From: an uncultured Hormoscilla sp. | GTDB taxonomy: Bacteria; Cyanobacteriota; Cyanobacteriia; Cyanobacteriales; Desertifilaceae | DNA: 64,000 bases | NCBI GenBank assembly: GCA_963921275.4 | Contig: OZ001293.3 | Span: forward strand, 5,376,001 to 5,440,000 | Direction of reading: 5' to 3' | Shown: positions 23,042-32,821 of the stretch, in pieces | How positions within the stretch are numbered: the stretch's first letter is position 1 | How the letters are laid out: each line of letters starts with the position of its first letter | Program-made: the position numbers and the translations under genes | Notes under the pieces: model-generated | Told to the model about the DNA's origin: nothing | The model's database searches: none | Seen by the model: only the letters and a program-made list of their open reading frames with translations

Positions 23042-24097
23042 TCACCGGTCACAAGCAGCAGTTTCTAATTGATTCTGAATTTCCATCGCTTTGCTAAAAC
23101 AGGCGATCGCCTCCTGATACTGTTGCAAACCCGCCAGGGCCGTCCCGCGACTGCGCCAAGATTCATAATCCTGGGGGTTGGAGGCGATCGCCCGGTCGTA
23201 GGAAGCGATCGCCTCTTGATACTGTTGCATTTTTTCCAGAACGACACCGCGACTGCGCCAAATTTGCGGGTAGTCTGGTTTGAGAGCAACTACTCGGTCG
23301 TAACAGGCGATCGCCTTTTCATAGCGCTGACTTTTGGACAGCAACACCCCCCGATCGTACCACAATTGGCAGTCATCGGGTCGAATAGCAGTAGCTTTGC
23401 CATAGGAAACCAATGCTTCCGAATAGCGTTGCAATCTTTCCAAAGCCTTACCTCGTTCGTGCCAGAGTTCGTACTTGCCTGGTTCCAGAGAAATTGCCCG
23501 ATCGTAGGAAGCGATCGCCTCAGCATCCCGTTGCAAATTTTCCAATACCAACCCTCGGCTATACCAAACCTGATATTTTTCTGGTTCGATCGCAATAGCC
23601 TTATCGTAGTCTGTTAGAGCCGACTCGTAATCTTGTAATCTTGCCAATACATTCCCTCTATTATACCACGCATTATAGCAATCAGGTTTAATTTTTATTG
23701 CCCGGTCATAAATTGCGATCGCCTGCTCGTATTTTTCTTCAAAAGCCATACTTTTTGCTTGGGCGACCAAATTATCAGCCAAATTTTTATTTCTCGGCTC
23801 ATTTAATTTCATTGCTGGCATAAAAACATCGGGAGGCGCTAGATAATTTTCAGTTGATTCTAACTGATAGACTTGCTCCTGAATAATTTTGCCCACTTGC
23901 TCTTGAAAGCTAATGCCCAATTCTTCAATTTGCTGCCTAATTTGCTGTTTGAAATCATTGATATTGTCAGCATAATGATTGAATTCTTGCCACTTTGGTT
24001 TGATACCGCTCACATTTCTCTCTCTTTGAGCAGCATCTATTTGTTGGTGTGAGCACTTCAATATCTTCCGAGGCATGCTCATACGAAGAGTTCCCAC
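23042..24097 (-). CDS. Tetratricopeptide-repeat protein (5' region possibly disrupted)
   Basis: About 7 TPRs of the W..RG..L..L..Y.EAIASYDRAI type. Confidence 0.85.
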   Translation of the reverse strand: MGTLRMSMPRKILKCSHQQIDAAQRERNVSGIKPKWQEFNHYADNINDFKQQIRQQIEELGISFQEQVGKIIQEQVYQLESTENYLAPPDVFMPAMKLNEPRNKNLADNLVAQAKSMAFEEKYEQAIAIYDRAIKIKPDCYNAWYNRGNVLARLQDYESALTDYDKAIAIEPEKYQVWYSRGLVLENLQRDAEAIASYDRAISLEPGKYELWHERGKALERLQRYSEALVSYGKATAIRPDDCQLWYDRGVLLSKSQRYEKAIACYDRVVALKPDYPQIWRSRGVVLEKMQQYQEAIASYDRAIASNPQDYESWRSRGTALAGLQQYQEAIACFSKAMEIQNQLETAACDR

Positions 24098-24514
24098 TCA
24101 GCAACAAGCAACATTTCTCCAGATAGGGGCTCCACTGGCTCTAGGGCTTCACATCGAAATAAGTCGCTTGCTGGATGTGATTTTGAGCTTGCCCAAAATG
24201 CTGTGCCCGGGTTCTGGAGCGCCCTGCGGTAGTGCCACTAATGCTTTGGATAAAAAAAGGGCAATTTCTGGACTGACGTATTGGAGCAACTGCTGGCGGG
24301 CGGTGGCTTCCAGCCCTTCAAGCGTTTCCAATTGTTCAGGAACAGTTGCACTTAGCCTCTTCATACAACAAGACGGCTAGAGCTTGGGCTATAGGCTTGA
24401 ATTTTGGCCAACTTCTCAGGATTCATAGTTTAAGAGCGTCCAAATGTTTAGGGATTATCTCAGTCTAACACCATCTTGTCAGTTCATAAACTCAGCAAAA
24501 ATACTCATTACCAA

Positions 24515-24556
24515 ACTGGGATGCACCCAGCTGCGGGGTGCATCTCACTTTTGCAT
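24515..24556. mobile_element. Abutting IS/MITE ends (GGGTGCATC-type)
   Basis: ACTGGGATGCACCC followed by GGGTGCATCTCACTTTTGCA. Confidence 0.45.
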
Positions 24557-24777
24557 CTGTGACCTATCATAGACTTTTATCTATGATAAAATTTATTGGC
24601 TTTTGCCAAGGATGCATCTTACTTTTGCAAAAACATCATGTAGAAAGGGCCCCATTTATATAAGCACAACGTCAAGAAAGTATTTGGGGAAGGTTGGATA
24701 TATTCCATTGAGCCCCTGAAATTTTTATCCGTGTTCCCATACGTTTAATCACTGATTCTATTGAACCAGAACCGATA

Positions 24778-25792
24778 AGACATCTCCAAAAATAAAACCC
24801 TTGTCAGCTCTGGGTTTTAAGCTCTACCTCCCATGCTCACATATGTTACTCAAACGGCAGAATCTGGGTTTGATATATTTCCTGTTAATAAAGAGCTCCA
24901 AAGGTGGTACTGGTTAATCTCAAGTTTTTCAGAGCTATCAACAGATTCTAATACTTCTAAAATTCGCGCAACCAACCCAACTTTTGTCGAAATTACCGAT
25001 TCATATTTATCAATATTTAACCGAAATCGCTCGCTGGCAACCCGGAAAAATTTTACCAATGACTTGTTCAACGAAAACGGGAAGAAAAATCTCTATTTTC
25101 TTCTTTTTGTTTAGCTGTTAATTCCTGTTTTTTCGGTTGTTTTTATTTGAGGTTCTCCAATATAGGCTTATCTCTGCAAAAATTTGATCTGGATCGAAAA
25201 CGACGCTCGCAAGATTTATATCGCTTGCCGAGCCTCTTTCTCCAGATACAACATCGACAATATCTGCACGCTACCAGGTAAAACAATTAATTGATTTTTC
25301 AAAGTATTTCTTCTTACCTGAGTAAAACTTTTTCTGCTCTTCATAGTCCTTAGGTCTTGGTATGGCTTGCGCTATCGACTATCAACTCATATTCTGTGTT
25401 TGGATAAATATTCTTCATCTTCTCCATTTTTTTTGTTCAAGTAAACGGCAAAAGATCTTGCCAATAATTAAAAATATCATTAGCTTTCACGCAAAAAGTA
25501 TACCCAATACTTGGAATGTTAATCCTTGACACATCAAAGTTTATTTGATCTTCTACTAATAATTTAGGTTTCGCCCCCACGAGGTATCAATCTAGTTTTG
25601 TGTTCTTCCACCTTTTCTTTATGATTTTTATCCAACAGCAATTGCAATAAGTTGTATTAAGTTTTCATAGCTGATACCGATGAGCCGTTTTGCTTCTTTA
25701 GGCTTGGCTTGCAAATATGTCCAGGTAATACTCGTCACAAAATTAAATTTTCAAATCTTATTATAGCATAAATTTCTATTTTGGAGATGTCT
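24778..25792 (-). mobile_element. Degenerate IS (IS5/IS4-like transposase remnant)
   Basis: TIRs AGACATCTCCAAAA / TTTTGGAGATGTCT; YEEQKKFYSGKKKY motif; many stops. Confidence 0.75.
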
Positions 25793-26106
25793 AGAAAACT
25801 CACCTAACTGATAATACTGATAATCAATTATTCGAGAACGATGTTTTTCCAAATAATTACATAAATTATGAGTTTCTTTTTGATCCGATTGAATAATAGT
25901 ATTGTTTCATCAACTTTTCCCGACCAGAGGAGATTTTTAGCTTTTTTTATCCTCGTAGCCTCCTACTTTATGAAGATTTTCCTTGAGATGATACCAATCT
26001 AATATTTCTCTTCTCTTGCCTGGTTCGCCTATCTGTTTAAATAATTTCCAAATTCCTGCATGTCCATCTCCTAGACAATAAAATGGAGCCAAAAGTTTTT
26101 GACAAT

Positions 26107-27169
26107 TTACCCAGTTGGCTTGAAAAAATGCTCCGCAATATATCCCACTGACTGCTTTATAATCTTTCCATTCACAAGCTTGTCCTTTTTCTTCTGTTCT
26201 AATCCTTGCTTTTCCTCCAGGCGACTTCTTTCACTCCCAATTTCGAGAAACTGACGGTGACAATCTTTACAAATCAAATAAGGTTTACCTAGTCTATGAC
26301 CATTTTTATTAGGGCGTGTCATCAGTTAGAGAAAGAGATGAACCGAAGAGAGGGAAACAGAGAGAAAAATGCGCAGAGAAAGCACTTCTTCGATGACCAG
26401 TGGGAAAAAATCAAGGATTTCCTACCGGGGAGAGACGGCCATGTAGGAGGAACGGCCAAAAATAATCGACTGTTTGTTGAAGCAGTGTCGTATCGGTATA
26501 GAGCGGGAATCCCGCTCTCGAGACCTACCCGAAAGGTTTGGAGACTAAAGAAGTAGTACATACGAGATTTAGCCGATGGAACATTCATGTTCTGTGTAGG
26601 AAAGGATCTTCTTTGTGTTGGCGTAAGACGCCGATAAGGAGTATGGGATGATTGATTCGACAATATTTTGAATGAGAGAATTTTGAATGAGAGAATTTTG
26701 AATGAGAGAATTGCTTAAGGAAGTCGAGGAGGATTAAGTACTTTGATTCATGCCACTTGTGACCCTCTTATTAATCTCACAGGCTTCTTTTTGACGAGAG
26801 GACAAGCCCACGTTCTTGATGGCGCAGATGTCCTCCTTGAAAAGCTTGAAGCATAGGCAAGAAGAGCGGATAAAGCTTATGATGCTGATGAGCGGGTCCG
26901 CCAAAAACTCCAAGCTCAAGGTTGCACAGCGGTCATTCCCTCCAAGGTGAAGTGCCAAGTTCCTTATCAGAAGCGACAAGCACCTCTACAAGGCTCGCCA
27001 TCTGCGCCAAAAACTTTTTTGCCAAACTCGAGCAGTATCGCGCTATTGCTACCCGTTATGATCAAACCGCTCGTAACTTTTTAGGGGCGATTTATCTGGC
27101 TGCTTCTGTCGTCTGGCTTAACTGATGACACACCCTAATTTTTTCAGAACCACATCGGGGACATTTCAT
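26107..27169 (-). pseudogene. IS1-like InsA zinc-ribbon gene interrupted by IS5
   Basis: MKCPRCGSEKI (27138-27169) joins NKNGHRLGKPYLICKDCHRQFLE across the IS5. Confidence 0.65.
26311..27136 (+). mobile_element. IS5-family (IS427-like) element, degenerate
   Basis: TIRs AGGGCGTGTCATCAGTT / AACTGATGACACACCCT; DDQWEKIKDFLPG; RAIATRYDQTARNFL. Confidence 0.9.
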
Positions 27170-27327
27170 TTTCAACTCCTTTAACTAAAGTATTCGCCTT
27201 ACACTCCATTATAGCACTAATTGTGACTAATGGGTAAAAGTCCCTCATCTTAACTATAAATTCTCCCTGAAAAATTGCAGATTATAATAATATGCATTAA
27301 CCTATCATCCCAAAAATGTGCAACGCC

Positions 27328-27714
27328 TCACAACGATACCACAAATAACTTTTTCTCACGTTCGGCTGCAAAAGCCAGACAAGCTTTGATATCTTCTGAG
27401 CTGGAGAGTACGAAGTTCTATGAAAATAGGACCTATCCTAAAAGCTGAACCCCTTGCTCCTAATTAGGAGCCCGCGAATTGCTGCATATAGGTCTCTCGG
27501 GCCCAAACCCGCTTCCATGCTTGAGCAGTTCCCCAAAGAACTTCGCACTGTCCAGTTCTGAGGTAAGTTCAGAAAAATCTTCCAGAATTTCCACTTCGGT
27601 CATGCCACCTGCCAGATATTCCAAAATGTCGTATACGGTGATTCGCATCCCCCGAATACAGAGCTTTCCACTGCGTTTTCCAGGCTCAATTGTGATAATG
27701 TCTTGGTATTCCAT
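27328..27714 (-). pseudogene. DUF433 antitoxin-like gene split by a MITE
   Basis: PGKRSGKLCIRGMRITVYDILEYLAGG...ELTSE [MITE] SEDIKACLAFAAERE. Confidence 0.88.
27401..27555. mobile_element. 155-bp MITE with 19-bp TIRs and 7-bp TSD
   Basis: CTGGAGAGTACGAAGTTCT / AGAACTTCGCACTGTCCAG; TTCTGAG duplicated at 27394-27400 and 27556-27562. Confidence 0.9.
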
Positions 27715-28238
27715 TAGATATTACACTGCATTTTGCGCTCTAATACTATTTCCTCATCTGTCAAGGGTGTCAGGTCAAAATGGACGAGCCACCTCAATAT
27801 CTGTCGCCCAACCTCCAGTTGCTCTGGGGTGGGCAGCTTATCAAAAGAATTAAGAATTTCTTCAGCTAAAGCGGTGTCTCCCGAGAGATCGATGTCTCCC
27901 GAGAGATCGATCTCTCCTGGGGCGAGGTTTCTCCTGGTCGCTCGATGTCCTCCGAGGCGAGGTGTCTCCTGGGGCGAGGTATGTCTCTGGAGCTCGATGT
28001 CTCCACCAGAGCGCTAATCGCACTACTCCGGAGACATCGTAATCGCACAAAAGGGGACATACCTCGCGCCTTACGCACTACCCAGGAGAAACCTCGCGCC
28101 TTACGCTCAAAAGGGAGGACATCGTAACCGCACTACCCAGGAGAAACCTCGCGCCTTACGCACTACCCAGGAGACATCGTATTCGCACTATTTCGGAGAC
28201 ATCATATTCGCACAAAAGGGGAGACACCGCGCAGTCAT
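27715..28238 (-). pseudogene. Small hypothetical gene interrupted at codon 3 by the nested repeat
   Basis: ATGACTGC[360 bp]TTTAGCTGAAG reads MTALAEEILNSFDKLPTPEQLEL when the insert is removed. Confidence 0.6.
27871..28230 (+). repeat. Eight-level nested hairpin element
   Basis: Eight left arms pair in reverse order with eight right arms around a central AGCGCTAATCGCACTA loop (28010-28025). Confidence 0.92.
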
Positions 28239-28293
28239 TTGTTTTACGGTTGGAACCATCCTTATGGGTATTCTATCACTAAAACTATGACAT

Positions 28294-29130
28294 TTACCTT
28301 TTGTAGGCAACCTGAAAAGCTGACAGATATGAGAGTTGGATACTATTGCCGCAGTTCTTCTCTAGGGTTTCCCTCAAACCGGCAAACAAGGAATCACGCT
28401 GCTGGGACTCTAGGTTGATGTAGGGGGAGTAGGTACTCAACAGCGCCAGATAATCATCGATGCTATAGGTCACTTCACAGGGTAAATCTTCGGACTGGAA
28501 GTCCTGGAAATAACCTGAGTCCTTTACCTTCTGGACAAACTGGTTCAGGTTGGCTAACTGAGTTTTTCTGTCTTCATATCGTCCCAGAGATGGAGCATGG
28601 AGCTGATAGACTTCATCCAACATTTGGTAAACTTCATAGGGGGGCTGGGCTGACGTGTTCCAGAGTAAAATTAGAGCACCTCTTGCTTTTAAGGCCGCAG
28701 TAACTTTGGGATACCCTCTGACAGGGGCAACCCAATGAAAAGCAGTTGCTGCTAGCACCCCATGGAATCTCTCTGGCTCTAGCTCCCACTCCTCAAAGGC
28801 GGTATTCTTAATCTCGACATTGGCATACTGGGCCGAGTTTTGTCGCGCTAGCTGACAAGCTGACTCACTTGGTTCTAGACAGACCATTTGAAAGCCTAAT
28901 TGCCCAAAGGCTTCCGTTGCATTCCCGGGACCGCATCCTATTTCCAAAATGTTGGCTTCCTCTGGGAGTTGCGCTAAGGACACTGCCCGTGAGATCATAG
29001 TTTTCGGATAGCGTGGTCTGGTCCTGTTGTAGGCAGAAGCTACGGCACTGTACCAGCTTTTTATTTGTTCTGAGGTCCAGGTATCCGCTACTTCCCTGTA
29101 CCAGTTTTCAGCTTGTGACGAATCTTTCAT
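28294..29130 (-). CDS. Class I SAM-dependent methyltransferase
   Basis: RPRYP, ILEIGCGPG, ATAFHWV. Confidence 0.9.
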   Translation of the reverse strand: MKDSSQAENWYREVADTWTSEQIKSWYSAVASAYNRTRPRYPKTMISRAVSLAQLPEEANILEIGCGPGNATEAFGQLGFQMVCLEPSESACQLARQNSAQYANVEIKNTAFEEWELEPERFHGVLAATAFHWVAPVRGYPKVTAALKARGALILLWNTSAQPPYEVYQMLDEVYQLHAPSLGRYEDRKTQLANLNQFVQKVKDSGYFQDFQSEDLPCEVTYSIDDYLALLSTYSPYINLESQQRDSLFAGLRETLEKNCGNSIQLSYLSAFQVAYKR

Positions 29131-29418
29131 AAATGGTTGCTTGTGAATGGTAACTACTCGTTGGCAGTCTCGGGCTGGGAACGATGATTGAGAGGCAGAG
29201 CCTCCAGTTTATGATAGCTAGGAAATGATTATACCTTGATGTCTCTGGGGTAGTGCGAATAGCGCGTCCCCTCTGGGAGACATCGAAGTTGGCAGTCTCG
29301 GGCTGGGAACGATTATTTGACCAGTCGCGTTTGAAACCTTGGTGGTAAACTGCCAGATAGCTCTCCCAGCGCAGGATTGGCATAATTTTCTACCTCCATC
29401 AACTATTAAAACAGCCTC

Positions 29419-29858
29419 TTACGTTGGTAGCCCATACAACCAGTTAGTTCGATATAAAGTCAGCACCCATTTATGATGACTCAGACCTAGAAAATTTACT
29501 ATAACTTTAGCATGAGACGATTCGTCAATCTTGAATGATTTAAAAAACATTTGCAGACGTTTATAATTAGAATCAATTTGAGCTTTTCCAGAAAAAGCTG
29601 TCGCAATTTGAACCAAATTTACAGTTTTTACAGCAAATAAAGCTATCAAAAAATTAGACAAGAAGTTAATTCTTGCGGCATGCCATTGAAAAATTTATTT
29701 TAATTCTTTTGAGAGTAAATCAATATGACTCATAATTACAGGTTATGTATGAGGACTTATTCTATCCTAGCATAAGTCACGTAGTAATGTCAAGGTTTTA
29801 CTTGATGTCGCTTGAAATCATTTATTGGTATGGGTTGAGCGCGTTTTGTCCTGTACTG
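29419..29858 (-). mobile_element. IS4-family transposase 5' fragment with IS end
   Basis: FLIALFAVKTVNL...SNYKRLQ...RTNW. Confidence 0.75.
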
Positions 29859-29997
29859 AGGTTACAGCTATACCGCAATAGGCTTCAATTTGCGTTTTTC
29901 TTTCTGCCAAGCTCTAACTTCCAAAACCTTACCCTGTCTTCGTTTAGGCGACAAAATTGCTGCAGCAAAAACCGCAAGTCTATCCCTTTGGGAGTAT

Positions 29998-30866
29998 GTG
30001 CGATTCGTTCTAGCCTAACGTGGTCAAACACGGAACGCTAGCCCGGTTTCATTAGCCGGGAACTCTGACCGCATGGGGGTTAAATTCCCCTCCCCCCAGG
30101 TACGGGGGTGACACCGGTCCTCGGTGCTACGAAGCGACATCATCGTGGTGCTAAGCGAGGACTCAAATGTAGGATAACTGGCAGCCTAAGCCGGTGACGC
30201 CGCTAGGAAAGATATCCAAGGTTAGAGCAGGCAAACATGTGCAAGCCTCGTTATAAGGAACCAGCGAAATAAGGCTATATGCGCTGGCCTAAAAAGGAAA
30301 TGGTAGCTAGTATTAGTTTTAGACTCTGGCTAATATAGTACTCAAATAGCTCCCGGGGTATAGTGTGGACCTAAAGGTATCGCGAAATGTTGTTAGGGAA
30401 CGAAGTAACCTCTCGTGTGCTGTCCATCAGGACAAGTTAGATGTTAAGCGCAAGCCACGGGGGGAGGGATGGCCCAAGAAGCGAATGCCCGGGGTAATTC
30501 CTGGGATAACATCTACAGTAATGTAGATGATGCTGGGTAGCCAGCGCTGACGTGGGTCGGTGATACTAGGAAGCTGCTGGAATGAGTAATCCTAAAAAGC
30601 CACGGAACTAATCCGAAACGCAAGTGGAGGATAAGGTATGGATAACTGGTAAAACTGACTTGAAAATGGTGATACTAACGGTTATCAGAACAACCACTCG
30701 CTAAACCAGGAAAGGGAAGAAAAGACAGGCGGCAAGGGCTAACGGAAGTAATTCCTATTAAGTCTACCTATGAAAAGGGCCTAGTACCCAGTAGCCGGAT
30801 GCGGTGAAAATCGCAAGTCCGGTTCCTCAAGGGAGGGTCGGGAAGCGATTCCCGGCTCGACCCCAT
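29998..30866 (+). ncRNA. ORF-less group II intron, copy 1 (3' end at 30866 or 30868)
   Basis: 5' GTGCG; domain V AGCCGGATGCGGTGAAAATCGCAAGTCCGGTT at 30793; domain VI hairpin with bulged A ending CCCCAT; no RT ORF in domain IV. Confidence 0.92.
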
Positions 30867-30904
30867 CCACCTTGTCCCAGAGTCCCCTGTGAAGTTCAAC
30901 TTGC

Positions 30905-30940
30905 GCTGCCGATCGGGAGGTGAAACTCCCGATCGGCAGC
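30905..30940. terminator. Perfect GC-rich hairpin
   Basis: GCTGCCGATCGGGAG-GTGAAA-CTCCCGATCGGCAGC. Confidence 0.4.
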
Positions 30941-30984
30941 CTGTAATATTTAGTATAAATGCAATGGCCGAATTTGACTAAACT

Positions 30985-31539
30985 ATGTTAAGCAAAATCT
31001 CTTTGGCAACGGTAGGCTTGATTGTAGGTGGGGTCTTAGTAAGCGGTGGATTAGTCGCCTATTTGCTAGACAATCCCACTCTGAATCTGGCGGGATTCTT
31101 CTATGGCATTCCGCTGCTGCTGGGGGGACTGGCTCTGAAAGCTGCTGAACTGAAGCCAGTCCCCTTTACTCAGCCAACGGATCCCGAGGTGCTGACCCTA
31201 CGTTCGCAGCAGGCTACAGCCACTCAAAATCAGCTGCGCCAGGATGTGACCCGATATCGCTATGGTCAACAAGCCCATTTAGATGATTCTCTCAAGCGCT
31301 TGGGTTTAAGCCTCACTGATTAAGAACGACCGGTACTCGGGGGGTTAACCGAAACTGCGGTTGCAGGTCATTATGCTCTGGTGCTGGAATTTGACTCTCC
31401 TCTGGTTCCCTTTGAAACCTGGCAATTGCAGCGCGAGAAAATCGAAAAATTCTTTGGACCTGGGGTGCGAGTGGATTTGACTAGACCTTCAGAACGTCTT
31501 GTTCACCTGGCTTTGATTGCTACGCCAGAGCCAGTGTAG
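30985..31539 (+). pseudogene. DUF2854-family membrane protein with an in-frame TAA at 31321
   Basis: LNLAGFFYGIPLLLGGLALKAAELKP and DVTRYRYG; the frame continues ...KIEKFFGPGV to TAG 31539. Confidence 0.8.
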
Positions 31540-31594
31540 TCAAATAACAATTCAAAATTCTGGCATTGACAACTGACCACTGACAACTGACAAC

Positions 31595-31852
31595 TCACTT
31601 TTCCAGGCGCACAGCATACCACTGTAAAAACTCTCCAGGACCAAGGTCTAATTCGCAGTAAGTTTCCAGTAAATACTGGGCTTGGGATGCGATAGATGTA
31701 AATTTTTGTAGTGAACTGGGCAAATCTTGCTGCCGATGTGCTATAATCAGTTTTAACTTTTTTAGCAGCTCATCGGCGGTGAGGTATTGTTCGGGAAGGT
31801 CAGGCTCTAAAACCACAAAGGCATCCTGTTGGTACATTAAGGGGTCAGGCAT
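31595..31852 (-). CDS. Chlororespiratory reduction protein 7 family
   Basis: MPDPLMYQQD.FVVLE...CELDLGPGEFLQWYAVRLEK. Confidence 0.85.
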   Translation of the reverse strand: MPDPLMYQQDAFVVLEPDLPEQYLTADELLKKLKLIIAHRQQDLPSSLQKFTSIASQAQYLLETYCELDLGPGEFLQWYAVRLEK

Positions 31853-31899
31853 TTGGTCTCCTTGTCTGGGTAAGTTTGGCAGCTGCCAGATGAGAAAAA

Positions 31900-32557
31900 T
31901 TACTCAACTACAGGAGGCGAACCACCACGGCTGCGATAACTAGCGGTCTCGGATGGGTAACTCAACTGGCGAACCGGCGTCGGTTTGATGAATATCTGCT
32001 GGCTGAGTGGCATTCTCTGGTAGGAACTGGGATTACATTGCCTCTGATTAAATATGCATAAAAACACTATTCCCATATTGTTCGGGTAATTCTCTGTGCT
32101 TCTCATTATCCATAAGACTCCATTGATAAATTTTATGCTCTTCTGTTCCCAGGTATATTGAACTCTGTCCTCTCAAAAATACTAATCTTTTTCCCTGTTT
32201 TTCCAGGGCCATAACCAGGTTATCATAAGCATCAAGATAATCAGGCTTCACTGCGATCGCCTGTTTGTAGGCAGCGATCGCCTGTTCGATTTTTCCCTGT
32301 TCCCAGAAGCAAGCCCCCAGATTATTATAAGTCTCAGGCCAATCTTGCTTTATAGATATCACCTGTTGGAAATAGTTGATCGCCCGATCGTATTCCCTCG
32401 TCCGATAAGCAATAATTCCCAGCAGAAGCATAGCCTCTACCTGGTGAGGCTGCTGTTCTAGCATCGCCAAATAAACAGCCCTCGCTTCATTCAGACGTCC
32501 GGCTTTGTAGTGACCCAAAGCCTCTCTTAACCAATCATTATCCGCTTGCTGTACCAT
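31900..32557 (-). pseudogene. TPR protein, truncated or internally deleted
   Basis: Three TPRs, then an abrupt change and broken frames. Confidence 0.65.
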
Positions 32558-32821
32558 TTCACCTCCTAATCATAACAGACAAACCAACGGCTCGTAACGA
32601 CGAAATCGGCTATGTGAACTACGAACTGACCGATTTGACTGAGCTGTAAAGTTCGACGGTTATCGCCCAAAACAAGCAAATAAGACAAATGCGATCGCAC
32701 CCAAAGAGCGTTTTCCCGAGATGTTTTCAAAACAAAATCTCAAAAATGTTGCACGGTGCGATCGCGCGAGATGATCGCCCAAACAACAACAAAAAACCAT
32801 TTATTCATAGAGGAGTTTTCC

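Noticed and set aside
27871..28230. CRISPR array or simple tandem repeat; ORFs 27733-28127
   Set aside because: The structure is mirror-nested inverted arms, and the ORFs are translations of the repeat.
30560..30790. Intron-encoded RT, retron or DGR
   Set aside because: Only very short ORFs; no RT motif was seen anywhere in the window.
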